Below are positions 1 through 9,789 of a stretch of DNA of 64,000 bases, piece after piece. The stretch is from positions 32,001 through 96,000 of the forward strand of contig JBKBYA010000011.1 of NCBI GenBank assembly GCA_046313635.1, in the 5' to 3' direction. Within the stretch, counting starts at the first letter, position 1; the number at the start of each line of letters is the position of its first letter. The translations under genes were made by a program, and so were the position numbers. The notes beneath the pieces are model-generated. The model saw only the letters and a list, made by a program, of their open reading frames with translations. It was not told the origin of the DNA and made no database searches. This DNA comes from Pyrinomonadaceae bacterium (lineage in GTDB: Bacteria; Acidobacteriota; Blastocatellia; Pyrinomonadales; Pyrinomonadaceae).

Positions 1-523
1 GAAAGCTGTCGCCGATCGCGTGCGCGCCGGCAGAGCATGCGGTCGCGGTGGCGGAGTTTGGCCCTTTGGCTCCGTGACGGATCGAGACGTTGCCGGAGGC
101 CAAATTGACGATCGCCGAGACGATAAAGAAAGGCGACACCCGGTCGGGCCCGGAGTTGAGCAGCTTTTCATGCTCGCGCTCGATCGCCCAAAAATCGCCG
201 ATGCCCGAGCTGATATAGGTGCCGACCATATCGGCATTAGAATCGTCGATCACCAGCCCGCTGTCCTTGATCGCCTCATCCGAGGCCGCGATGGCGAAAT
301 GAGTAAACGCTCCCATCCGCCGCGCTTCCTTTTTGTCGAGGAAGTTGAGCGGATCAAAGTGTTTGACCTCGCAGGCAAACTTCACCGGGAAATTCTCGGT
401 ATCGAACTTCTTGATGTAATCGGCACCGTTCTCGCCTTTCATGAGTGCCTGCCAGGTCGACGGCACATCATTACCGCAAGGCGTGACCAGGCCGAGCCCG
501 GTGACTACGACACGACGTTTCAT
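1..523 (-). CDS. fabF: 3-oxoacyl-ACP synthase II, N-terminal part (runs off window start)
   Basis: Manual translation from ATG at 523: MKRRVVVTGLGLVTP...KEARRMG...; active-site region GPNSATATACSAGAHAIGDSF near 1-65; directly follows acpP. Not in ORF track. Confidence 0.95.
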   Translation of the reverse strand, partial: MKRRVVVTGLGLVTPCGNDVPSTWQALMKGENGADYIKKFDTENFPVKFACEVKHFDPLNFLDKKEARRMGAFTHFAIAASDEAIKDSGLVIDDSNADMVGTYISSGIGDFWAIEREHEKLLNSGPDRVSPFFIVSAIVNLASGNVSIRHGAKGPNSATATACSAGAHAIGDSF

Positions 524-604
524 AAGCGTGAATAAAAAAATCGTAGATCGTGAAGCGCAGCCGACGCCGAGCGCCGAGCTGCGTCTCACGATCTACCAGA
601 AACA

Positions 605-844
605 CTAAGCCTGCTTGTGCTGCTCGACGTAAGCGTAGGCGTCGCGGACGCTCTGGATCTTTTCGGCGTCCTCGTCGGGGATCTCGATATCGAACTCCTC
701 CTCAAAGCGCATCACGAGCTCAACGAGATCGAGCGAATCGGCGCCCAGATCTTCGATAAACCGCGCATTCTCGGTCACTTCGGCCTCGTCGACACCCAAC
801 TCGTCAACAATGATCTGTTTGATCTTATCCTGAACTTCAGACAT
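605..844 (-). CDS. acpP: Acyl carrier protein
   Basis: [12 protein letters not shown] phosphopantetheine attachment motif, 79 aa, acidic. Confidence 0.98.
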   Translation of the reverse strand: MSEVQDKIKQIIVDELGVDEAEVTENARFIEDLGADSLDLVELVMRFEEEFDIEIPDEDAEKIQSVRDAYAYVEQHKQA

Positions 845-858
845 ATCTTCTCCTGTTT

Positions 859-1827
859 CTATATCGTTTCTAGCGTACTTCGCAAACTGTCAAAACTATC
901 GACATTCATCGTACGAACGTCGCGGTCGATCTGTCGAATCAGGCCCGAGAGCACCTTGCCCGGACCGATCTCGATAAATGTGTCGACGCCCGCGCCGATC
1001 AGGCTTTGGACCGATTGGAGCCAGCGGACGGGCGACGATACCTGCCGTGTCAATCTATCGGCGACGATCGAATGGTCGTCATTCGGCGCGGCGTCGACAT
1101 TGTGCACGACCGGAAATCTGAAATTACCATAGCTCAGCGCCGCGAGATCGCCGGCGAGACGTTCCTGCGCCGGCATCATCAGCGAGCAATGGAAAGGAGC
1201 CGAGACGTTGAGCTTGACGGCCCGCTTCGCGCCTTTGTTTTTCAAGATCTCGCACGCACGGTCGACCGCCTCCGCGTTGCCCGCTATGACGACCTGCGAC
1301 GGCGAGTTGATATTCGCAGGGCTGCAGACCTGCCCCTCGGCGGCCTCTTCGCAGCCGGCCGCGACCGAGTCAACATCGAGACCAAGTATCGCCGCCATTG
1401 CACCGACACCGACGGGCACGGCCTCCTGCATGTACGTGCCGCGATTGCGGACGGTCCGCACCGCGTCGGAAAAGTCGATCACGCCTGCGGCAACAAGTGC
1501 CGAATATTCGCCGAGGCTGTGACCGGCGGCAAACGCAGGCACTAATTCGCTCTCGGCCTGCATCGCCCTGTGTGCAGCCATCGATACGGTCAGGATCGCG
1601 GGCTGCGTGTTGGCCGTCAGTGCAAGATCTTCGTCGCTGCCGGCGAAGCACATCTCGGACAGCTTGAAGCCGAGCGCATCGTCGGCCTGCTCAAAAACCT
1701 CTCGCGTGGCTGCCGAATTATCAAACAGGTCCTTTCCCATCCCGACAGACTGGCTGCCCTGACCGGGAAAGATGACGGCGATTTTCGATTTGCGATCTTC
1801 GATTTGCGATTGGCTGCTGTTTGACAT
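859..1827 (-). CDS. fabD: Malonyl-CoA:ACP transacylase
   Basis: [19 protein letters not shown] motifs; N-terminal extension encoded by heptamer repeats. Confidence 0.97.
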   Translation of the reverse strand: MSNSSQSQIEDRKSKIAVIFPGQGSQSVGMGKDLFDNSAATREVFEQADDALGFKLSEMCFAGSDEDLALTANTQPAILTVSMAAHRAMQAESELVPAFAAGHSLGEYSALVAAGVIDFSDAVRTVRNRGTYMQEAVPVGVGAMAAILGLDVDSVAAGCEEAAEGQVCSPANINSPSQVVIAGNAEAVDRACEILKNKGAKRAVKLNVSAPFHCSLMMPAQERLAGDLAALSYGNFRFPVVHNVDAAPNDDHSIVADRLTRQVSSPVRWLQSVQSLIGAGVDTFIEIGPGKVLSGLIRQIDRDVRTMNVDSFDSLRSTLETI

Positions 1828-1880
1828 AAACCACGCTGCGACCGCGATAACTCAAAGATCGCAGATCGCAAATTGAAAAT

Positions 1881-2867
1881 CTAAAATCTCACAAGCGTTC
1901 CGCCCCATGTGACGCCGCCGCCGAACGCCGTGAGCAGGACGAGGCTTCCCTCTCTGATCTTGCCCGACTGGATGCACTCGTCGATCGCGATGGGTATTGA
2001 CGCCGACGACGTATTGCCGTGCTCGGCGATATTCGAATAGACCTTTTCCTCAGGCACGCCAAGCCGCTGCGCGACCGCGTCGGTGATGCGCTGGTTTGCC
2101 TGATGAGGGATGACGAGATCGACGTCGTCGACGGTGTAGCCGGCCTTTGCGAGCATCTCGGCGGAGATGTCGGCCATCGAGCGCACGGCGACCTTAAAGA
2201 GCTCGTTGCCCTTCATCTTAAAAAAATGCATCCGGTTGTCGATCGTCTCGTGCGTCGTGCCGAGCTTTGTGCCGCCGCCGGGAGCGTAGAGCTGCTCCTC
2301 GTAGCGGCCGTCGGAGCGGATCTTGGTCGCGAGGATCCCCTTGCCTTCCGGCACCGGCCCGACGACCGCGGCCCCGGCACCGTCGCCAAAGATCACGCAG
2401 GTCGAGCGGTCGGTGTAGTCGACGTACTTGGTCAGCACCTCGGCGCCGATCACGAGCGCGTACTTGATCTGCTCGGTGCGGATCATCGACTCGACCATCG
2501 TCAGGCCGTACAAAAAGCCGGAGCAAGCTGCAAAGACGTCCATTCCCGCCGCATTCGTCGCGCCGATCTGCGCTTGGATCAGTGCGCCGGTCGACGGCAT
2601 GATCTGGTCGGGCGTCGTCGTCGCGCAGAGGATGATGTCGATGTCGGTCGGCTGCAGGCCCGCAGCCTCGAGAGCCTTCAACGCCGCCGCCGAACCGAAC
2701 TGCGAGGTGTACTCATTCTCGGCAGCCTTATGGCGCTGCTTTATGCCCGTCCGGGTCGTGATCCACTCGTCGCTCGTCTCGACGATCTTTTCCAGATCGG
2801 CATTCGTCAGGATGCCTTCCGGATAAGAGTGCCCCATCCCGATGATGCCGGCGTTGACTGTGGTCAT
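1881..2867 (-). CDS. fabH: 3-oxoacyl-ACP synthase III
   Basis: AACSGF, FGDGAGA, PHQAN, GNTSSASIP motifs. Confidence 0.97.
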   Translation of the reverse strand: MTTVNAGIIGMGHSYPEGILTNADLEKIVETSDEWITTRTGIKQRHKAAENEYTSQFGSAAALKALEAAGLQPTDIDIILCATTTPDQIMPSTGALIQAQIGATNAAGMDVFAACSGFLYGLTMVESMIRTEQIKYALVIGAEVLTKYVDYTDRSTCVIFGDGAGAAVVGPVPEGKGILATKIRSDGRYEEQLYAPGGGTKLGTTHETIDNRMHFFKMKGNELFKVAVRSMADISAEMLAKAGYTVDDVDLVIPHQANQRITDAVAQRLGVPEEKVYSNIAEHGNTSSASIPIAIDECIQSGKIREGSLVLLTAFGGGVTWGGTLVRF

Positions 2868-2909
2868 TGGTAATGAATTAGAGCTTAAACCTTTGAGAAC
2901 TTCAAAAGC

Positions 2910-3095
2910 CTATTCGGACGTCTTTGTGTCGATGATCTGACGGCCCTTATACGTTCCGGTCTTTGCGTCGATGCGGTGCGGCACCTTTGCCTCGCCCGTG
3001 TCCTTATCGATGTAGAACTGCGGGACGGCCAGAGCGTCGTGAGCGCGGCGCTGGCGCGTGCGCGATTTGGAGTGTCGTCGTTTTGGATTAGGCAT
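2910..3095 (-). CDS. rpmF: 50S ribosomal protein L32 (cysteine-free form)
   Basis: MPNPKRRHSKSRTRQRRAH...PHR...GTYKGRQ; conserved position after yceD. Confidence 0.95.
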   Translation of the reverse strand: MPNPKRRHSKSRTRQRRAHDALAVPQFYIDKDTGEAKVPHRIDAKTGTYKGRQIIDTKTSE

Positions 3096-3148
3096 AACTT
3101 ACCTCTTATAACCTCTATTTGATCTCTGCCGACCCGCTCGGGCCGAAT

Positions 3149-3661
3149 TCACTTCAGTTCTTTCAATGCTGCCCAGCGAGGGTCGATATCGGCGGCGTCG
3201 CATCCGCAGTCGCCCTCGTTAAGGTTTTGCCCGCACCGCTCGCAGAGGCCTCTGCAATCCTCGCGGCAAAAGGTCTGCTCGGGCAAGTTGAGCAGCACCT
3301 GCTCGCGGGCGATCTCGTTCAGGTCGACCTCCTCGCCCGTCAGCACGTCGGCCTTAAGGTCGGCCGGATCGAGCTGCAGTTCCCTCTCGCTCGAGACATT
3401 TGCCGGGTCCACGAAGCTGACCTCAAACTCCACCTCGACCCGCGTCGTCACCGCGGTCAGGCACCGCGTGCAGTCGATATCGAGCACTGTGGCGATCGCG
3501 CCTTCAAGCTGAACGCCCGCTGCGTCTCTGCGTGCTCGACCTCGCACTTGGGTATCGTCCGCAATGGCGACTCCAGCGGTCTCGAGGTCTATCTCGCCGG
3601 CCGTGATCAGGTACTGGAACTCCCGCGGGTGCGGTCCGAGCTTGGCCACTTCCAACAGCAT
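3149..3661 (-). CDS. yceD: YceD/DUF177 family protein
   Basis: CTRCL, CREDCRGLCERCGQNLN, DPRWAAL; upstream of rpmF. Confidence 0.92.
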   Translation of the reverse strand: MLLEVAKLGPHPREFQYLITAGEIDLETAGVAIADDTQVRGRARRDAAGVQLEGAIATVLDIDCTRCLTAVTTRVEVEFEVSFVDPANVSSERELQLDPADLKADVLTGEEVDLNEIAREQVLLNLPEQTFCREDCRGLCERCGQNLNEGDCGCDAADIDPRWAALKELK

Positions 3662-3760
3662 TGTCAAACAGAATAAACCGTCAGCTTTTTCACCTCAAAA
3701 GGCAAAGCTCTAATTATAGCGGCCGACCTTGGCATGTCAAACACTTGCCATCGGCGTGGA

Positions 3761-4828
3761 TCAGGCGGCCGAACCGACTGCCTCGTCGATCGAATCATAT
3801 CCCCGGGCCGACACCATTTCGGCCAAACCGGCGTTTACCGCACCGGGGAAACCCGGCCCGCCGAAAACGAATCCGGTATAGGCCTGGACAAGCGACGCAC
3901 CGGCGGCGATCTTTTCAAAAGCGTCCGCGGCGTCGAATATTCCGCCGACGCCGATCACCGGCAGGCGGCCGGCGGCGATCTTTTGCACGGCGGCTACGAC
4001 CGATGTCGAACGCTCTCGCAGCGGGCGCCCGCTGATGCCGCCGGCACCCAGACTCTCGACATTCTGCGCAGCGAGGCCCTCACGAGAGACCGTCGTATTC
4101 GTCGCAATGAGACCGTCAATGCCGAGCTCGATACAGGCCTGCACGATGGATCGCAGTTCGTGCTCGGTCAGATCGGGCGCGATCTTGACCAGCAGCGGCC
4201 GCGGGGTCAACTGTTGGTTGCGGTCTTGTATCGCGGATAGGAGTTCTACAAGATTCTCCGATCGCTGGAGCTCTCTGAGGTTGGGCGTGTTTGGCGAAGA
4301 GACGTTGATCGCGACGTAATCCGCCAGCGGCTGGAGGATGTCGAATGCGGCGATGTAATTCGCCGCCGCGTCCTCGTTGTCGACATCCTTGTTGCGGCCT
4401 ATATTGACGCCGACGATGCAGCGGCGTTCGAGCTTTTCGAGACGGCGTGCCACCTCGACGGCCCCGTCATTATTGAAACCGAGACGGTTGAGGAGCGCCC
4501 CATCTTTCGGCAGGCGAAACAGTCTGGGCTTTTCGTTCCCGGGCTGCGGACGCAGCGTAACCGTACCGACCTCGACAAAACCAAACCCGAGTCCCGCAAG
4601 CTCATTGACGACCCTCGCGTTCTTATCAAACCCAGCCGCGACGCCAAGCGGATTATTGAATTCAAGCCCGAACCGCCGCAGCGGACCGATCCGCGGATCG
4701 ACCACGCGACCGCCCGCCCAAGGCCGCACGAGCCCGAGCTTCAGCGCTTCGAGACCGAGCTCGTGCGCCGTTTCGGCGGGCAGGCCGAAGAGGATCGGCC
4801 GAATGATCGTTTCGAAGACTCGCGACAC
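3761..4828 (-). CDS. pyrD: Quinone-dependent dihydroorotate dehydrogenase
   Basis: AAGFDKN, NRLGFNN, NVSSPNTP, KIAPDL, GGISG motifs. Confidence 0.97.
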   Translation of the reverse strand: MSRVFETIIRPILFGLPAETAHELGLEALKLGLVRPWAGGRVVDPRIGPLRRFGLEFNNPLGVAAGFDKNARVVNELAGLGFGFVEVGTVTLRPQPGNEKPRLFRLPKDGALLNRLGFNNDGAVEVARRLEKLERRCIVGVNIGRNKDVDNEDAAANYIAAFDILQPLADYVAINVSSPNTPNLRELQRSENLVELLSAIQDRNQQLTPRPLLVKIAPDLTEHELRSIVQACIELGIDGLIATNTTVSREGLAAQNVESLGAGGISGRPLRERSTSVVAAVQKIAAGRLPVIGVGGIFDAADAFEKIAAGASLVQAYTGFVFGGPGFPGAVNAGLAEMVSARGYDSIDEAVGSAA

Positions 4829-4927
4829 GTTAAAGAAGCGTTATGTTAATTGAAACCACACGCGTTTCGGAAGTTTGGCCCTCTGTTTTGAACTTTAATT
4901 TACCCTTTGCTACGATTTCGAGGACAA

Positions 4928-5491
4928 ATGGCAGGCGAAATCAATCTCGTTGAAAAGTCGCGAATAATGGACGCGACGCATATGGAACGTGCGCTCGCTC
5001 GGCTCGCATCAGAGATCGTCGAGCACAATCACGGTGCCGAAGATCTCTATCTCGTCGGCATCCGCCGCCGCGGCGTCCCGCTCGCGGAACGCATCGCCGA
5101 CAAGATCCAGGCGCTCGAGGGCCAGCGGCCGCATTACGGGATCCTCGATATCACTCTCTACCGCGACGACCTCTCTACGGTCGGGGCCAAACCCATCGTC
5201 AACCGCACCGAGCTCGAAGACGACATCGACGACAAGGTCGTCGTACTCGTCGACGACGTTCTCTACACGGGCCGCACGATCCGCGCCGCGATGGACCAGC
5301 TGATGGATTTTGGCCGCCCGCGCAAGGTGCAGCTCGCCGTCCTCATCGACCGCGGCCGCGAACATCGCGAACTGCCGATCCAGGCAGACTTTGTCGGCAA
5401 GGTCGTCCCGACCAAGCAGACCGAGATCATCAAAGTGATGCTCCGAGACTTTGACGACGTAGAAGCCGTGGGCATCTTTGAGAGGCCGTAG
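4928..5491 (+). CDS. pyrR: Pyr operon regulator / uracil phosphoribosyltransferase
   Basis: [39 protein letters not shown] at 4928 after AGGA. Confidence 0.97.
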   Translation: MAGEINLVEKSRIMDATHMERALARLASEIVEHNHGAEDLYLVGIRRRGVPLAERIADKIQALEGQRPHYGILDITLYRDDLSTVGAKPIVNRTELEDDIDDKVVVLVDDVLYTGRTIRAAMDQLMDFGRPRKVQLAVLIDRGREHRELPIQADFVGKVVPTKQTEIIKVMLRDFDDVEAVGIFERP

Positions 5492-5525
5492 ATTTGCGGA
5501 TCGCGGATTTCGGATTGCGGATTGC
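5491..5525. repeat. Heptamer tandem repeat (ggattgc-type), left arm
   Basis: gatttgcggatcgcggatttcggattgcggattgc; inverted relative to 5890-5927. Confidence 0.85.
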
Positions 5526-5526
5526 T

Positions 5527-5883
5527 ATGACTCAAGACGAATTAAAACGCAGCACGAAAGCATTCGTACTTAGGGTCGTTAGTCTTGCCGAATCGTTCCC
5601 CGCGACATATCTGGGTAAACACATTGCCAGTCAACTCACACGCTCCGGCACCTCCGTTCCGGCCAATTATCGAGCCGCGTGTCGCGCCAGATCTCTGGCG
5701 GACTTCATTGCCAAAATGGGGATTGTCGAGGAGGAGGCTGATGAGTCCGCATTTTGGATAGAATTCGCCGTCGATTCAGCTCTAGTCAGGCCGGAAAGGG
5801 TCGCCGACCTTCTGGATGAGGCGAACCAACTTGTTGCGATCTTCGTCTCGTCCATCAACACCGCCCGCGGCAGAAAAAGATGA
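5527..5883 (+). CDS. Four-helix-bundle protein (23S rRNA IVP / TIGR02436-like)
   Basis: [39 protein letters not shown] pattern typical of this family. Confidence 0.9.
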   Translation: MTQDELKRSTKAFVLRVVSLAESFPATYLGKHIASQLTRSGTSVPANYRAACRARSLADFIAKMGIVEEEADESAFWIEFAVDSALVRPERVADLLDEANQLVAIFVSSINTARGRKR

Positions 5884-6908
5884 GTTCGGAATCTCAAATC
5901 CGCGATCCGCGATCCGCGATCCGCAATTCAACGGAGAAGCCTTTCCGTCGACGCGACCTTCTCGGAATCCGCGACCTTACGCCCGCGGACATCACGGGCA
6001 TTCTCGACACGGCCGAGAATTTTCGTGAGATCAACGCCCGCGAGATCAAAAAGGTACCGGCGCTTCGCGGCAAGACGGTGATCAATCTCTTTTTCGAGAA
6101 TTCGACCCGCACGCGCACGTCGTTTGAGCTCGCCGCCAAACGTCTCTCGGCCGACGCCGTGAATATCAGCGTCTCGACCTCGAGCGTCGCAAAGGGCGAA
6201 ACGCTTATCGACACCGCTCTCAATCTCGACGCGATGGCACCGGACGCGATCGTCGTTCGTCACGGGTCGGCGGGCGTGCCGCATCAGCTCGCAAAGGTCA
6301 GCAAGGCCGCGATCATCAACGCCGGCGACGGCGCCAACGAACATCCGACGCAGGCCCTGCTCGACGCGATGACGATCCGCGAGCACAAGGGCACGATCGC
6401 GGGCCTCGAGGTCGCGATCGTCGGCGACATCCTCCACAGCCGCGTCGCTCGTTCGAACATTCACCTGCTGACCAAGCTCGGCGCGACGGTTCGCGTCGCC
6501 GGCCCCGGCACACTCGTACCGCCGGACTTTCAGTATTTGATCCGAGATTCAAATCCGAAATCCGAAATCCAAAATCCGAAATTGACCGTCGCTCCAACCG
6601 TCGAAGACGCCATCCGCGACGCCGACGTCGTGATGATCCTCCGCATCCAGCGCGAGCGTCAGGACTCGGCTTACTTCCCGACGCTCCGCGAGTACTCGAT
6701 CCACTACGGCCTGACCAACGAGCGTCTCGATCTCGCCAAAAAAGACGCCATTGTCCTGCATCCCGGCCCGATGAACCGCGGTATCGAGATCGCCTCCGAA
6801 GTCGCCGACAGCTCGCGCTCGCTGATCCTCGACCAGGTCAAATACGGCGTCGCGGTGCGAATGGCGGTTCTGTACCTCGCGACGGGAGGCTCACCGTCGA
6901 GTGAATAG
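5880..6908 (+). CDS. pyrB: Aspartate carbamoyltransferase catalytic subunit
   Basis: [47 protein letters not shown]. Confidence 0.97.
   Translation: MSSESQIRDPRSAIRNSTEKPFRRRDLLGIRDLTPADITGILDTAENFREINAREIKKVPALRGKTVINLFFENSTRTRTSFELAAKRLSADAVNISVSTSSVAKGETLIDTALNLDAMAPDAIVVRHGSAGVPHQLAKVSKAAIINAGDGANEHPTQALLDAMTIREHKGTIAGLEVAIVGDILHSRVARSNIHLLTKLGATVRVAGPGTLVPPDFQYLIRDSNPKSEIQNPKLTVAPTVEDAIRDADVVMILRIQRERQDSAYFPTLREYSIHYGLTNERLDLAKKDAIVLHPGPMNRGIEIASEVADSSRSLILDQVKYGVAVRMAVLYLATGGSPSSE
5890..5927. repeat. Heptamer tandem repeat (gatccgc-type), right arm, within 5' end of pyrB
   Basis: aatctcaaatccgcgatccgcgatccgcgatccgcaat. Confidence 0.85.
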
Positions 6909-7140
6909 CATCTTCGAGCTCGTTGGCGAGATATCCGAGATCGAGACGATCGCCGTCGGAGCTCGCATTCGAGAAATAGAAGTTCTCAATACGCGATACG
7001 GCAAGGGCCGTTGGCGAAAACTGAAAGGTAAGGCATTTGTCAGACTTCAAAATGGTAAAATGCGGCTTGCTGAAATTCACTGGTACGAGGCTCACGGCAT
7101 CGGCCGTCGAAAAATGAAGATCAAACGATTCCTTGATTGA
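6901..7140 (+). CDS. Small basic hypothetical protein (possible toxin of a two-gene module)
   Basis: 79-aa ORF overlapping the pyrB end, G-R-W-R-K-L-K-G and [11 protein letters not shown] segments, lower GC; paired with next ORF. Confidence 0.75.
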   Translation: MNSIFELVGEISEIETIAVGARIREIEVLNTRYGKGRWRKLKGKAFVRLQNGKMRLAEIHWYEAHGIGRRKMKIKRFLD

Positions 7141-7143
7141 CCT

Positions 7144-7368
7144 ATGAACGCGACCGACCATAATTTCGTGCTCTGCATCGACAGCGGCGGTTCAGACGAC
7201 CTTGAGGTCCGTAAAGTTTACGAGACCATTCCGGACGAAAATGCGGCCCGGGACGGCTACCTGAGGGTCGTCGACGAATCAGGCGAAGATTACCTCTATC
7301 CCTCAGATCTCTTTTCCCCAATCGAATTAACAAAAGAGGTACGCGACAACCTAATGAGCGCCGCTTAA
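7144..7368 (+). CDS. Small acidic hypothetical protein (possible partner/antitoxin)
   Basis: 74 aa, LEVRKVYE and LRVVDESGEDYLYP segments; begins 3 nt after previous stop. Confidence 0.75.
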   Translation: MNATDHNFVLCIDSGGSDDLEVRKVYETIPDENAARDGYLRVVDESGEDYLYPSDLFSPIELTKEVRDNLMSAA

Positions 7369-7441
7369 ATAGATGGGGTTTTCTATTTCGCGGACGGCGG
7401 TCTTATATCTCGCGACCGGAGGACATATCGGCAGCGTTCAG

Positions 7442-7516
7442 TGTCGGTAGCCCGCACGTAAGTAAGGGCTCATCGCTGCACCAATCGAGCCCTTACTTGC
7501 GTGCGGGCTACTGACA
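7442..7516. repeat. REP-like palindromic element
   Basis: tgtcggtagcccgcacgtaagtaagggct...agcccttacttgcgtgcgggctactgaca long inverted repeat; related copy at 8824-8923. Confidence 0.85.
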
Positions 7517-7525
7517 GAAAGAGAA

Positions 7526-8825
7526 ATGAAGCTTCTTATCAAAAACGGCCACCTTATCGACCCCGCCGCATCTGAAAACACCGGCATGAATCTCCTCGTC
7601 GAGAACGGCCGCGTTGCCGCGTGGATACGGCCTACCGAAGCGCAGCCCGAGGATGTTGAGGTCTTTGACGCGAGCGGGCTGCTTGTTGCGCCGGGGTTCA
7701 TCGATCTTCACGTTCACCTGCGCGAGCCGGGTCAGGAGCACAAAGAGACGATCGCCACGGGATGCGCGGCGGCGGTTACGGGCGGATGGACGAGCGTCTG
7801 CCCGATGCCGAATACCAATCCCGTCAACGACAACGCCGCGATCACGCGCTACATGATCGAGCAGGCCGAGCACGCCGGCCTCGCGAACGTGTTCCCGATC
7901 GGCGCGATAACGAAATCGTCCGACGGCAGCGAGCTCGCCGAGATGGGCGAGATGAAGGCCGCCGGCGCCGTCGCCGTCTCCGACGACGGCCGGCCCGTGC
8001 CGAATGCCGGCATTATGCGCCGCGCGATGCAGTACGCGCGCGACTTTGATCTGCCCGTCGTCGATCATTGCGAAGACAAATCGCTCTCCTCCGGCGGCGT
8101 GATGCACGAAGGCAGAATTTCCCTGCTCCTCGGCCTGCGCGGAATGCCCGCTCTCGCTGAGGAGATCGACGCCGTCCGCGACATCATCCTCGCCCGCGAA
8201 ACGGGCGCGCACATTCACATCGCGCACGTCTCTACCAAAGGTGCCATCGAGGCCGTCCGCCGCGCCAAAAACGAGGGCATCAACGTCACATGCGAGGTCA
8301 CGCCGCACCATTTCTCGCTCACCGACGCCGCCGTCGCCGGTACGCGGTCCATACGACACCAACACCAAAATGGCGCCGCCGCTCCGCTCGGAAGAACATC
8401 TCGAGGCCGTCCTCGCCGGCCTCCGCGACGGCACGATCGACGCCATCGCGACCGACCACGCGCCGCACCACGCCGACGAAAAGGCTCTCGAATACGACCG
8501 CGCACCCTTCGGCATCACCGGCCTCGAAACGGGCGTCGGCCTCGCCTTCACCGAGCTTGTTCACAAAGGCGTCGTCGATCTCGTCCGCCTCGTCGAACTC
8601 TGCTCGACCAACCCCGCGAGAATATTCCGCCTCAGCGACCGCGGCACGCTCAAGCCCGGTTCCGTCGCCGACATCACCATCCTCGACCCCGACCTCGCGT
8701 GGACCTACGACGTCAACCAAACGCGCTCCAAGTCGCGCAACACGCCGTTCCACGGCCGCCAATTCACCGGCGCCGCCGTCGCGACCATCGTCGGCGGGAA
8801 GGCCGTATGGAGAATCAATTCATAA
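7526..8825 (+). CDS. pyrC: Dihydroorotase, reading frame broken at ~8341-8351 (pseudogene or sequence artefact)
   Basis: N-part ([20 protein letters not shown]) in frame of ORF 7526; C-part ([26 protein letters not shown]) in frame of ORF 8241..8825. Confidence 0.92.
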
Positions 8826-8923
8826 GCCCGCACGGCAGTAAGGGGTAACGCGGCCGCGGTTGTCGAGCCGAGTGCTGAGGCGGTGAGAGTCACGCCCTTA
8901 CTTACTTACTTACGTGCGGGCTT
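8824..8923. repeat. REP-like palindromic element, second copy
   Basis: aagcccgcacggcagtaagggg...gcccttacttacttacttacgtgcgggctt. Confidence 0.8.
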
Positions 8924-9024
8924 CCGCATCGCGACTCTGCTTACGGCGATCATCGATGCAGGTTCGCCTTCCCTTTCTTTCCCGCTATAATTTTCAAAAC
9001 ATTTTCTGGAGACAATTTTCATAA

Positions 9025-9789
9025 ATGGAATGGATCGCTGACCCGCAGCTTTGGATCGCGTTTTTGACTTTGACGGTGCTCGAGCTGGTGCTCGGGATCG
9101 ACAACATCATTTTTATCTCGATACTGTCGGGCAAGCTGCCCGAGGAGCAGCAGCCGCGGGCGCGTTTCATCGGGCTTGCGCTCGCGCTCATAATGCGCGT
9201 CCTTTTGCTCTTGTCGCTCTCGTGGATCATCGGCCTGACGGCGCCGCTGTTTGCGGTCCTTGGCCAGCAGGTCTCAGGCCGCGATCTCGTGCTTTTGATC
9301 GGCGGACTGTTTCTGATCGCAAAATCGACGCACGAGATCCACGGTTCACTCGAGGGCGAGCCGGGCAGCGAGGTCAAAAAGGTCTATTCCTCGTTCGCGA
9401 GCGTGATCGTGCAGATCGTGATGCTCGACATCGTCTTCTCGCTCGACTCGGTCATCACGGCCGTCGGCATGGTCAGCAATCTTTGGATAATGATCGCGGC
9501 CGTGTCGGTCTCGATCGTCGCGATGATGTTCTTTGCAAGGCCCATCGGTGACTTTGTTCATCGGCATCCGACGATCAAGATGCTCGCCCTCGCGTTCCTT
9601 TTGCTGATCGGCGTGACTCTGATCGCAGAGGGTTTGCACCAGCATATTTCGAAGGGCTACATTTACTTCGCCATGGCGTTCTCGGTATTTGTCGAGCTGC
9701 TCAATATGCGTTTGCGAAAGCACGCTCGGCCGGTACAGCTTCACACTCCCTATACCGACGACGCGCTACCCGAGCCCAAGGCCTCATGA
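9025..9789 (+). CDS. TerC family membrane protein
   Basis: LELVLGIDN and DIVFSLDSVITAVG motifs, multiple hydrophobic helices. Confidence 0.95.
   Translation: MEWIADPQLWIAFLTLTVLELVLGIDNIIFISILSGKLPEEQQPRARFIGLALALIMRVLLLLSLSWIIGLTAPLFAVLGQQVSGRDLVLLIGGLFLIAKSTHEIHGSLEGEPGSEVKKVYSSFASVIVQIVMLDIVFSLDSVITAVGMVSNLWIMIAAVSVSIVAMMFFARPIGDFVHRHPTIKMLALAFLLLIGVTLIAEGLHQHISKGYIYFAMAFSVFVELLNMRLRKHARPVQLHTPYTDDALPEPKAS

Noticed and set aside
4829..4927. PyrR-binding attenuator upstream of pyrR
   Set aside because: Short divergent intergenic region; no recognisable PyrR binding loop or terminator/antiterminator.
5527..5883. Avd of a diversity-generating retroelement
   Set aside because: No reverse transcriptase and no template/variable repeat pair with adenine-specific differences; the pilA differences are mostly synonymous and not adenine-biased.
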